Under the pieces are notes generated by a model. The model was not told the DNA's origin. It made no database searches and was given only the letters and a program-made list of their open reading frames with translations. Of a stretch of 64,000 nucleotides of DNA, positions 27,701-38,643 are shown piece by piece. The stretch comes from Pseudovirgaria hyperparasitica. Its lineage: Eukaryota. Numbering within the stretch: position 1 is the first letter of the stretch; the number at the start of each line of letters is the position of its first letter. The stretch lies in the NCBI GenBank assembly GCA_010093815.1, contig ML996569.1; one strand, given 5' to 3'. The translations under genes and the position numbers were made by a program.

Positions 27701-30500
27701 AGCGAATCTAATAAAGACATATATATCTCGAACCGATTTTAGTTTAGGCTAGTCCACGATAGTAGCGACCCTATCCCTTTCTATGGTTATACCTTAATTA
27801 GTAATAATAAAGCTAAGGAAGTTAACGTGGTCCTAGTGGAACTCGTATTTAGATAGCTTAATATATAGCTTATGTTTTTCTAGTCTATCTAGAACTACGC
27901 GTATATGCTAGATGTATTCTTCTTCGTTATTAGAGAAGATAAGGATGTTATCGAGGTATATAATGCACGTCATATCGAGTAGGCCTACTAGCGCGTTATT
28001 AATATACGCTTAGAAGGTTCCTAGCGCGTTAGTTAGTCTAAAAGGGACTACTATGTACTCGAAGTGTCTATAACGGGTCCTAAACGCCGTTTTCCACTTA
28101 TCGCCCTTCTTAATACGTAGGCGGTAGTAGGCATCGCGTAGATCGAGCTTGGTAAAGATCTTCATGCGCTCTAGTCTATTAATAGACTCGGAGATAAGAG
28201 GTAGTAGATAATGATTCTTTCGCGTGATATTATTTAGGCTACGGTAGTCGATATATAGACGGAGACTCCTATTCTTCTTCTTTATAAAGAGGATTAGAGC
28301 TCCGGCTAGGGATATACTAGGCCTAATCTATTCTCGCGTAAGGTTCTTTTCGATATATTCTCGGAGGACCTATAGCTCGGGTTCTAATAGAGGGTATATG
28401 GGTCCGTGTAGGGGTTATTAACCGTCTTTAAGATTAATAGTAAGGTCGGTAGATTGGTGTTAAGGTAATTCGGACGAGTCGATCGCTAACGCGATATGTT
28501 AGTATATTTTATACTAATATAGTAGGTTTTCGTCTACTTTAATACTAAGCTCTCTATTTTAAGTAAGTAAGAGGATATAGATAGCGGAGATTACCTTTTC
28601 GTAGTCCTTCTGGAATTATTCGTCGTCGACTAGCTATACTAGGTTCTATTATAGTGGGTACATGCGCTAGCCAGCTGTTTTCTAGATGAAGTCTAGTTTC
28701 GGGTTATATTTTTTAAGCTACGGTATACCGAGGATCATATTAAAGGGACTATCTACTACGATGAAGGTTAAGTAGTAGGGTTTCTACTTCCCCCCGCTAT
28801 CCTAGATACCGTATTTAATAGTATAGATACCCTACGATTTAATAGGACTATCGATACCATAGAAGGTAGTATCTATTAGTACTTAAATATCGATATTAAG
28901 TTCTCGTGCTCGTTAAGTCGATATAATGTTAGTAGCTAAACCGCTATCGAGTATTACGGTCTAATGTTATCCACGAGAGACCTTAATGGGCCTAGCCTAT
29001 AGTTTAATATACTAGTTAGCTAGTTATCCCTCTATTTTAGTTGCGCCTATAAGTCGCGAGGGTTCCTTATAGGTAGTTAGTTTTTTATATTATATACCGG
29101 GTAGTTAGGCGCGATATATTCTAGCTACTAGTACTTATAGTATATAACTAACTTAGTATCTATATTAGTATTCGGTGGTTTCCCTAAGCGGTACTCGGGT
29201 ACTATATAGCCTATTCTACTATAGGTATAGTAGGTGACTTTAGGTCGTTTATACGAGTCGTTTCTCGCGTCTTAATATATCGACTAGTGGAAGGATCCGC
29301 GGTACGGGCCTCGTCTTCTCGAGTTCGTAGAGTAGTAGCGCCTATAAGGTATTCCGCGCGATCTATTACTAAACCGGTCCTCTTTAGATGATTTCGTATC
29401 GGATTAGATTAATAGGGATAGTCATGCGCCTATACGACGTTGGTTATTTATTATATGCTAATATCGTTCTATGAGATTCGCGAGTGCCTAAAGGTTAGTA
29501 GGGATAGACGTTATAAGGTCGATACGTTCCTTTACGCTCGGGTTAAGGGACCTTTTAAAGTTATTATATTATTGAACCATGCGATCTTCCTTAGCTTCTC
29601 TCTAAAGAGGTCGGAGGTATTTAAGGAGTTATAACGGGGATTATCTCTCTCGCTATTAAGTCTTAAAGATATAGCTCTAAGCCTATTCGCGTCGCTCGGC
29701 TCTATTACCGAAGTATTAAAGAAGGAATTCGGTGAACGTGTCCTAGTTATACGTATCCTTAGGGTATTTAATTCGATATGCTATCTAACGTTTAGATAGC
29801 GTTAGGTCTAGGTAGTTCTATGCGAACCTAATCTTATTACTATCGTTCGTGAATAGGTGGAAGAATCGGCTATACTAGTAAGCCCATTCGTGAAAGCTCC
29901 TTCTGGTTTTACCGTTAAAGTAAGGTAGTTTCTTAGGCTGAGGCAACTAGGATAGTAATAGACTTAGTTAGACTATTTCGGCTTAAGTTAGTCCATATTA
30001 GTATAGGTTAGTTACTACTAGTACTAAAGCGCGTAGTACGGCTTCGAGTCTAGCGGTTTATTCTTACGCTTTATTAAGTTCGCGAAGTTACTACTCGAGC
30101 TAAGCCTAACGCTACCTCTTCGCGTGTAGCTTAGTATATACGTCGTCGTAAGGCGTGGTTAACGTTAGTTAGTTCTAACGAATTAATTCGTTAACGTTAA
30201 TAGGGTCTAGTCTTATAGTAAGGATGGGTCTAGTATAGTATAAACTAGACCACGATAGAGTATAATAGACTCCTTCATTATTATCTAGGTAATCTTCCAC
30301 GGTTATACGGAATACCGTACTAGTTATTAGTATAATGGCCTATAGAGTATACTTATTAGTAGAGGTGGTCGTAGGGAGACTATTCTCTTCGTTTAGATTT
30401 AGAGAGAGTCTCTCGTATAAGGTAGTGCCACGGGTATTATAGCGCGTAGTAGGAGCTATCTCTATAAGCTACCGTCGTACTATATAGAGAGGAATTAAAA

Positions 30501-30738
30501 TATAAAGAGTAAAGACGTAGGATAGTAGTCTAATAGTTTATAGAGAGATATAGGAATGTATTTATAAAGTAATCTTACTCTTATATAAGGTTAATTCCTA
30601 ACGAGTAGGAATCGGTTTATACGGTCTACTTATATAGTAACCTCGCTTAACTTAGCTGACTCAACCCAGCTCTGGCCACTACGTGGCTGCATGGATTAGA
30701 ATAGTCCATATAGGTCTATTATAGTTCCCGTCCTAACA
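30501..30738 (-). repeat. Family C 5' LTR
   Basis: Begins TGTTAGGAC on minus strand; TATA-like CTATATAAG ~30629-30637. Confidence 0.95.
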
Positions 30739-32449
30739 TGCCGGAAGGCGGCTTATAAATTAATATTTTAAGGGAATAGCACGATTACGCGTTAGTAGAG
30801 CACTTTAGCGTTATAAGGACGGTCGATTTAATCCGAAGGACGTATGACTAGCTGGGTCTTTATAAATATATAAAAGACTATATAAAAACGTATAACGTTT
30901 ACCAGCATACGAAAGTATATAGATACTTACTATATAGCGAATTAAGGCTATTACCTATGCTAAAGAAGGTATAGAAGGAATTATTAATAGATTTTATTAT
31001 AGATCTACCCCTAAGTAAGTGTTCTAGGTATATTTATAATAGTTTACTTATAGTTCTAGATAGATTTATAAAGATATTATACTATATCCCTATAAGGAAG
31101 ATAATCTAAGTACCGGATCTTATAGATATACTACTCCGTAACGTAGTCCGGCTCTATAGTATACTAAATAGTATAGTTTTAGATAGAGGTCCGTAGATAA
31201 CGTCTAAATTTTAGAAGGATTTCTACTATACGCTAGGAATTAAGCGGAAACTTAGTACTACGTTCTATCTATAAATAGATAGATAGACGGAGCGGTAGAA
31301 TTAGATAGTCGAGGCGTATTTACGCGTATATTATAACTATAAGTAGGATAACTAGATAAGGTTAGTCTATATCGCGGAATTCGTGTATAATAACAGCCGA
31401 TATACGTTAACCCACGTAAGTCTATTTAAAGTAAACTTCGGTCGGAACTATAATATATAGTTCTTAGAGACTTAGTTTAAAGTAGAACGACCTAACGTTA
31501 AAGTAATAGAAATTACTATAGAACTATTCTAAACGTAAAGAAGCGTTATAAAGTTACTATAAGATACTATGAATTATAGTAAATCGTACTATAATAAGGG
31601 TAGAAAACCTATAATCTTTAATGTTAGGGATAAAGTTTTACTAAATAGTAAGAATATTCATAGTATTAGGCTAAAGAAGAAGCTTAACTATATAATAATA
31701 GATCTATATAAGATTACTCGTGTAATTAATAACTAGGCGTACGAGTTATAACTCCCTTCTACGTTAAAGATATATAATATATTCTATATTACGCTTCTCG
31801 AGCCATTTTATGTCTTATTATTACCGGATCATTCCGAATAGATACGATATAAAGTAGTTATATAAGAAGGTATAGATATCTACGAAGTTAAGTAGATACT
31901 TAGCTAGTAACGCGCCGAAGATAGCACGTGGCTATATAAAATTCATTAGAAAGGATATAATTCTAATAAAGATACTTAGGAACCTATAATAAATATTAGT
32001 AAAGTAGCGATATTAGTATATAAGTAGTAATTAGTAAAGGAAGCCGCGGAATCGTAGAGAATTATACTAAAGTATAGCGATTCGATATTTTTTAGTATAG
32101 TTTAGCGCTAAGGACGGCCGCCTAAAAGAAAGAAGGTAAAAGAGATATAGATCTTTAAAACATTCTAAGGAATTAAGGAACTTCCTTAGAAAGTTCAAAC
32201 TTAGAACTTTAAAAATTTAACTAAAAAAGAGACTTAGAAAAATAATTTACTAAGAGAAATAGACATTGAAAGTCGGTGCCGATCGGTATAGATCGGTATA
32301 GATTACTAAAGAGATTAAAGAAGTTATTATTAAAGAAAGATAAAATTAAGAAAGCTAAAAGAAAATATAAAGATCTATATAGATCTATATAAACTTATAC
32401 TAATCTATCTAGAAGAAGTAAGATCGCTTTAAAATTAAAACCGAAAAAC

Positions 32450-33610
32450 CAAAAACGCTAGATAAAAGAGATATATTAGTACTAATTAGTATAGATCTAA
32501 ACCGATTAAGTCGGAGTAGGAGTAGAAGTACTAATTACCGCGATGGTTATATCTAATTCCTTCCGCTAGTTCTTATTTAGTATAGTATAGAGCTTTATAA
32601 TATAAGTCTCTAGCCTTTCGTTCCGACGCTATAAATTCTATATAGCGCGCCTTATAGCTATAAACTCCTCTATAGAAACCTATAGAGTAGCGGGACCTAG
32701 AACGGAGAGGGACGGACCGGTGTAGGCACGCTAAGAATTATATAAATTAGTGAAAAGATTTAACGATCGGTATAGAACTATATACCTTTAGTATAGAAAC
32801 TTCTAGATTAGAGCTATCTTCCCTAAATTTATAGCTCTTTAGCACGCGCGAGGAAGGAACCTTAGCCTTTTTACTAGAACCTTTTCTAGGAATTCTAATA
32901 TCGCTGGTATATAGAAAGAAGTCCGAAGTAGTAGAGATTTTAGTACTATTATAGAGATTAATATATATTAGTAAGAATCTATAATAATTTAAGAAAAATA
33001 ATATTACCTAGTAATCGCGGTAATAATAGCTATAGTAGATTCCGATAAATCCTTATAGATCTTATTAGAATCGTACTCCTAGGCGTAACCCTTACCTTAG
33101 ATATATAGCTTATAGAAAGCCTTCTCTAAGGCGTTATAATTAGTAGTACCACGCTCCTTATTAGTAGGGGTTACTAGAGGCCTAGTAGTAATCTATACTA
33201 ATATAAGTAAATCTATATAAAGTTCTTCGAACTTACTTAAATACCTATAAGTAATAACGCTTCTTAGTTATATAAGTACTATATATTATAGATTTAGTAC
33301 TACCGTGAGTAATATACGACGGAAAGTAATAACTATAATAATATATAGCTAGATTATTAGAGCCCGGCCTAGGTCGGGGTAGATTAATAGCTTTCGATAT
33401 ATTAGTAACGTATATAAGATAGGGATTATTCGAAGGCGCCTATTTCCGCGCCGATTACTTTAGAGCGTTAAGATTTCGGGAAACTATATTAAGATTATTA
33501 TTAATTTATATAGATTATTATAAATTATATTATTACTAGCTAAGAATAGTACGAAAATTAGTAAAATGCGTAAATCGTACTAAATTATAGTAAATCTATA
33601 TAAATCTATG
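32450..33610 (-). pseudogene. Antisense accessory gene of Gypsy A: Cys-cluster domain plus spliced C-terminus; RIP-degenerate
   Basis: Minus frame PYLIY...YSTYITKKRYYL* (33424-33245) followed directly by a GT donor at 33244; two more GT...CTAAT...AG intron-like segments downstream; ends approximate. Confidence 0.65.
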
Positions 33611-33971
33611 TCTATAAGGATTAGATGATATACCTAATAATCTAAAAAACTCTATAAAGAGTTAAGAAGTTTTTTAAAGAAAGGAATATTTCTAAGAAAA
33701 GATTTTAATATAGGTAGTACCCGGGCTTATCTAATTATATTACATAATACGCTAGGCCTAATTAGGTAATCTTACCTATATAAGAAGTTAAGATAGATAA
33801 AATTTAGTTTATTAGGAAAACGCTTATATAAATCTTAGATTAGTGAATATTAGTAAGTATCTAAGACGAAGCGTAGAGAATAACTAAGGTCTTATAAGAC
33901 TTAGAATAGGGATATAGAGATAGATAACGATCTAGGTCGCTAAGGGTAGCTTCCTAGAGGGAAGGGATAAT

Positions 33972-34199
33972 TATTAGGACTTAGTCTTAGATAGAACCCG
34001 ACCTATATATACCTTAGCTAATAGGGTTAGAAGGTAACGTAAAGGGCGGTAAATAGTTACGTACTAGATAGATCGGCGTCCCTTTATATATATACTCTCG
34101 GATTCCTACCGAAAGGGTTCGGTAGTAATTCGTTCTATAATAGAATACACCCCATTATTCTATCTAACTACACTACTATCCAATAACCCTATTCTTATA
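33972..34199 (+). repeat. Family A 3' LTR of A2
   Basis: 228 bp, preceded by PPT, followed by TSD AATAT. Confidence 0.95.
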
Positions 34200-34606
34200 A
34201 ATATAATTACTACTTTACTCGCCTACTAGCTAGTTACTATTTATACTCTATTAATACTTACTATAAACCTACTTATATCTCTTAGAGCCTTCTAAGTACC
34301 CTTTACCTTTAGAAAAGCCGGAATACTCTATAGAATGGACTACTTTAGGGATAAGCCGCACCCTTATCTAGGAAGGTTTATTATAAGTAGGGCTTAATTA
34401 ATTCTAGAAGACTTAGTTTCTTATAGTAAGGATCTCTCGTTTAAGGGCTTACTAGTATTATAGTAGATTAAAGATCGCCTCTTTGGCGCTTTATAACCCT
34501 ATATTTAGACCCGGGTCTTAGCCCGGCTCGCCCCTAGTATTACTCTATATATTATCTCTAAAGTCTATAGTAAAGTACTTAGAGAGCGAAATAGAATTAA
34601 ACTTAA

Positions 34607-34821
34607 TATTATAGAAATATAACGTATATATAGATATAAGAGTATTTATAGAATATAGTAAGTTTAATAAGGGAGGAAGCCGGAGTCTACTTAGCTTTCT
34701 TAAGATATAGAATAGAGTACGCTATTAAAAAGAGGCTTACTAAGCTTCGTTAAGTAAGGAGAGAGTAGTAGTATAGATATAGTATACTAGCGTTAGGTAT
34801 ACCTAGGGTCTACCCTTAATA
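34607..34821 (-). repeat. Family D right (5') LTR, 215 bp
   Basis: Direct repeat of 2459-2666, followed by CTATC. Confidence 0.8.
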
Positions 34822-35041
34822 CTATCTATCTCTTTAAGATTCTTTAGTCTTTAAAAGAACTTAATAACTATTCTTAAGAGATAAATAGAAGTATATAGGA
34901 TCTTTTAATATCTTCTAGAGTCTTAAATCTAGAGCTATTTAGAAAAATATAAGATTCTAAGAATTAGAGGTACCGGTAAAAAAACGTATGTATTACGTAT
35001 GTAATACGTACTAAGAGTTACGCTAAAAAAGTTACGGATAG

Positions 35042-35542
35042 ATCTATCGTTTTCCTAGAACCTAATAAGCTAGAACTTATATACGCGTGTTCTTACCCCT
35101 ATCTATCTACCTAGAGCTCTTTCTACTTTTATATCTATTCTAAGAAGATAAGAGCTTTAAAAAGTAGCTATACTTAGTAATTAGATATATATCTATCCTT
35201 CTATAAGTTTATTTTATTCTAATAAAGTCTCTTTAGAGAGATAGAGAGATATCTTAAAAGGTTCTTAGAAGAGGGCCCGTGTGAAAACCGCGTTAGGTTC
35301 TAGGAAAACTACCTTCTTCCTCTTCTCTAAGAAACTAAACCCTCTTATAATAGACTTAATTAGAGAGTTTAGAGCTTAAAAATTATATAGGAATAATTAC
35401 CTTACTCTACTCTATAAGTCTATATAAATATTATTAAATATAGGCCTTTATATATAGGTAGAGAGGTGAAATAACTATTAAAGATTGGGTGTAAGAACAC
35501 TAGTAAATGCCAAGCTCGTCAGGTTCTAGGAAATCGACGGAT
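35042..35542. repeat. Imperfect ~60-bp inverted repeats enclosing ~380 bp (possible MITE/TIR relic)
   Basis: 35042-35104 vs reverse complement of 35482-35542 share TTTCCTAGAACCT and GTGTTCTTAC blocks. Confidence 0.45.
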
Positions 35543-37713
35543 GAGTCGTATCCCGAATAGGCAACGGCTGCGATTGCTTTGGCTCGCGCTCGCCTCCAAT
35601 TCGCCCCTAACGCCGGAGATGAGTCAGAATGCTTCGACTCTCTGGTGGATCTGGCAACTGTGGGTAATCGTTAGGTAACGGCTTAGGTTTCATGGTGATA
35701 TTAAAATCACACTGTGACGTTAGGTCTACTGTCAGTTCTCTGGAAAGAACTAAGCCATTTTGACTACTTCACACATAACAAGCGGCGGATACGCCGATAT
35801 TAAGAGGCACGAGCATCGTATTATATGATAGCTATCTGATACTTAGTGGCTTCAAAGCCGAGAACCTCCATGCTTTCCAGCTTCGCAAAGAGGTCATACT
35901 TCAAGCGCCGCAGAGATAGGTAGGCGCCTATAGAATAAGATGCCGGAGTTCCACCTAGTTTCCCCTTTCCAGTCTGCGAAGAATGCAACATCTGCCCTGT
36001 GGCTACTGCAAAATGGCGAATGAGAGATATATCCAGCTTTGAAACCTACTGGGACCTCGGTGGACACGTCTATATCAGAAGTTCTGTGTGGAGCACGCGC
36101 TCAAGTCGAGTGGAAGGATCGTCCGTCGAATTTGCGAGGCGGGATCCACAGCCATGATATGGATATTATAACAAAAGACCTTTCCAGTAAGTTTATTCTG
36201 TTGAGATGCGGTACTTGTATGCTAAGATGTCTTACACTGACATCCTTCGACTGTTTCTAGTCCAAGGACTTCGAGTGAAGCATCCCATCATCAAAGACAA
36301 CGTAAGTGAAACTTCGCACTCCAAGCTCCATATGATATCTCCAATACTATTTTTATCAACAGAAACCATATCCATAAGACTAGTGGTTTCGAATACCATG
36401 ATCTGAACCAGGCAATAGCACCGCATTCTTTTTCTTTATCTTGCCGCCACAGTAAGACTACGTTGTGTGCGACACTCCAGCTGGCAATAGCACGTCTCTT
36501 AGCCTTCAATCCATCTGACAGCTCTTTGAGAATCTTTAACTCATAGGCATTCGAGAGTTAGGACTCGGAGAAATAGAATGTTATTGTGAGAATGATATCG
36601 ATGTCTTCATCTCCGGCTACGTCATCTTTCTAAATATCGATATGGAGATCTGTGCGGTGCCGAGTGGAGTATTATTGAGTACCGAATGGATGATCATTAC
36701 GACTTTCGCCGAAGATCTTGTCATGGGGAAGGTAGAGAGCTGTTGGACGGCGTGGAGAGGTTTGGAAGTCGTCGTTCTAAAAGAGCATGTCAGTGAGTTT
36801 TCCTCGAGTTGAAAGGGAGGCTCCGAAATGAGCTCTAGCTATCTCCCATACATGAAGCATAGAGCTTATAGATCTTGAGCAGGATATAAATGGAATAGCT
36901 TATAGTTAATACGCTCCTTTGTAATTTTCGTGGTCGTGTCCTTTGTTCCCGATGTTGAAGATTTTTAAGTCAGGAAGTGAGCCCCGCGATATGGTCAGTA
37001 TCTACGTCGAAGAGATCGTGATAAATCTTATGGATAGTTTTCGCCTTGTGTCCTGTGCTATCTTCGCTTTTGACGTCTTTGACAGCATTGAACCAATCAC
37101 TGTGTAAGCAACAATGATTCTCTTTGACCCTGCCACTCAATAGCTGTCTGTTTGTCCACCACTGAAATAAACATAGAAGTAATAGGACCATTAAGTGTAC
37201 TACAATATTTTCGACCGTACTGACGTGTTATGATTTTGACGCGGTCCTTGGTTGCCGTTAGGCTACGAGACGAGTCTGTGACTTGAGCTATGAAGCCGCA
37301 ATTAAAGTGCTGTAGTATGTATAAGAGGAGTCGAAATCCTGGCCCTAGAAGACTAATTCCATGTATATAGCGAATTGAAGAGACAGATCCTCACGAAGAC
37401 GCTGCAATCATGATTAATGCAGAGGGTGGTGCACAGGTGTCAGCTGTTCTATAGCGTGGCGAGGAAGAAGGAAAACTTACTATGTCGCCTATCATTGTTT
37501 ACCTCCACCAGTTCAGATCAAGCTCTTTTACGCGCGACCCAGAACTGATTCACATCTTTCCCCCGCAGACCGTGGAATATCTTCTCCGCCTCCACATCGC
37601 CCTCCTATCCACACTCTTTGCATTACCAAGCGTGTCAGACCACAATTGCACCTTCACTTATGGGAGATCCCCTCCCACGGTCGCAGAGCTCCAAGCAGAG
37701 ACTGAAAGTCATC

Positions 37714-38643
37714 ATGGCTCCCAATGGATCACCACCAAACGGTGGAAAAGTCAAGCTCAATCAGATCGTGCCAGGAGTCTGGCTCGGCAACTTGTACTGT
37801 GCCACCGACGAATCTGTGCTATACACCAGTGGCATCACAGCCGTATTATCCGTCGTCGATGACGGGGATGTTCTGTACGCACCGCGCTTTGCGGCCAATC
37901 TCCCAAGCTTCATTCATGGCGAGCGACACCGATCCATCAGGGCGAGTGACAGCAGAAGCGTGAATCTCCTGAAGCATTTTGACGAAATATACGACTGGAT
38001 CGATCGTATGAACGCGGAACCGGCGCGCAAAACGCTCGCGGATCTGGATAGACAAAACCACATCAGAAAGACAATGGGTGATGGTCTGTTGAGGAAGTAC
38101 TACGATAGGGACGGGAGAATCAATCATAAGCGCACGATGAGATGGGTCGAGATACGCATGAGACTGGATCAATACGATATCCAACAGTCTGCCAAGGAGA
38201 CCAGCGATTGGCAAGTAGCATTCCTTACGGGCAAACGGCAAACGCCACCACTCGTACCAATAGCCGATATTCGAGATGACTCACAAACATACGTGAAGTC
38301 GGAGCGCAACAATGTTCTGGTTCATTGTAGAATGGGACTCTCGAGATCGGCTACAATAGTTGTGGCGTATGTGATGAAGAAGTTTCGGACGTCATTCAGT
38401 GCGGTGCTTGATTACTGCAAGCAGCAAACCAGTATCAACCCCAATTCAGGCTTCAGGCGGCAATTACAAGCCTACGAAGAGATGGGATACAGCATCTGGG
38501 AAGACGATCAGCGCACGAGACATAAAAAAGAGTATAAGGAATACCTAGCTCAGGATTTGAGGCTAAAAACTCGTGTGGATGCGAGTGGGCGGATCCATCC
38601 GACAACAGGCTCACTATCGGTGCGCTCTAGCTCAACTAAATAA
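37714..38643 (+). CDS. Dual-specificity protein phosphatase (DSP family)
   Basis: NQIVPGVWLGN, GITAVLSV, general-acid Asp (ASD..NLLKHFD), P-loop VLVHCRMGLSRSATIVVAYVM, INPNSGFRRQL; first ATG in the frame at 37714. Confidence 0.9.
   Translation: MAPNGSPPNGGKVKLNQIVPGVWLGNLYCATDESVLYTSGITAVLSVVDDGDVLYAPRFAANLPSFIHGERHRSIRASDSRSVNLLKHFDEIYDWIDRMNAEPARKTLADLDRQNHIRKTMGDGLLRKYYDRDGRINHKRTMRWVEIRMRLDQYDIQQSAKETSDWQVAFLTGKRQTPPLVPIADIRDDSQTYVKSERNNVLVHCRMGLSRSATIVVAYVMKKFRTSFSAVLDYCKQQTSINPNSGFRRQLQAYEEMGYSIWEDDQRTRHKKEYKEYLAQDLRLKTRVDASGRIHPTTGSLSVRSSSTK

Larger units (their letters stand above)
22696..30738 (-). mobile_element. Ty3/Gypsy chromovirus family C, full length, nested in the integrase region of A2
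   Basis: 238-bp LTRs 22696-22933 and 30501-30738; TSD TGCCG at 22691-22695 and 30739-30743; PPT 22934-22950; on minus strand protease ILDSG ~28950, RT YLDNIL ~27950, chromodomain FEVDYIIEHR...YRIR*KDY...DT*E ~25450-25555. Confidence 0.97.
18769..34199 (+). mobile_element. Ty3/Gypsy chromovirus family A, copy A2, full length, interrupted by element C
   Basis: LTRs 18769-18996 and 33972-34199; TSD AATAT at 18764-18768 and 34200-34204; PPT ~33957-33970; gag-PR-RT-RH-IN; chromodomain YEVK*ILS...YKIH*KGY...DT*EP ~31880-31985. Confidence 0.97.
2459..34821 (-). mobile_element. LTR retrotransposon family D: outermost host element, mostly deleted/replaced by nested insertions
   Basis: Direct repeats 2459-2666 and 34607-34821 (TATT...AATA = RIPed TGTT...AACA); identical 5-bp flanks CTATC at 2454-2458 and 34822-34826; degenerate gag-like frame on minus strand 34570-34205; PBS/LTR complementarity gives minus orientation. 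Confidence 0.75.
1..35490. other. AT-rich, RIP-mutated transposon block (probable heterochromatin)
   Basis: Strong TpA excess and CpA/TpG depletion with CpG partly retained; retroelement motifs readable but full of TAA/TAG at Gln/Trp positions; almost no ORFs in the track; abrupt switch to normal composition near 35,490. Confidence 0.97.

Noticed and set aside
27480..29634. Plus-strand ORFs at 27480 and 29440
   Set aside because: Antisense shadows of Gypsy C pol/gag
34602..34819. Alternative reading of the right D repeat as a solo element with CTTAA TSD
   Set aside because: It would end in ...CTACC rather than CA/TA; the CTATC pair gives proper TG...CA-type termini and explains both copies
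1..35490. Alternative genetic code or stop-codon readthrough to explain frequent TAA/TAG in frames
   Set aside because: Stops fall at Gln/Trp positions and differ between copies, as expected from RIP; neighbouring genes use the standard code
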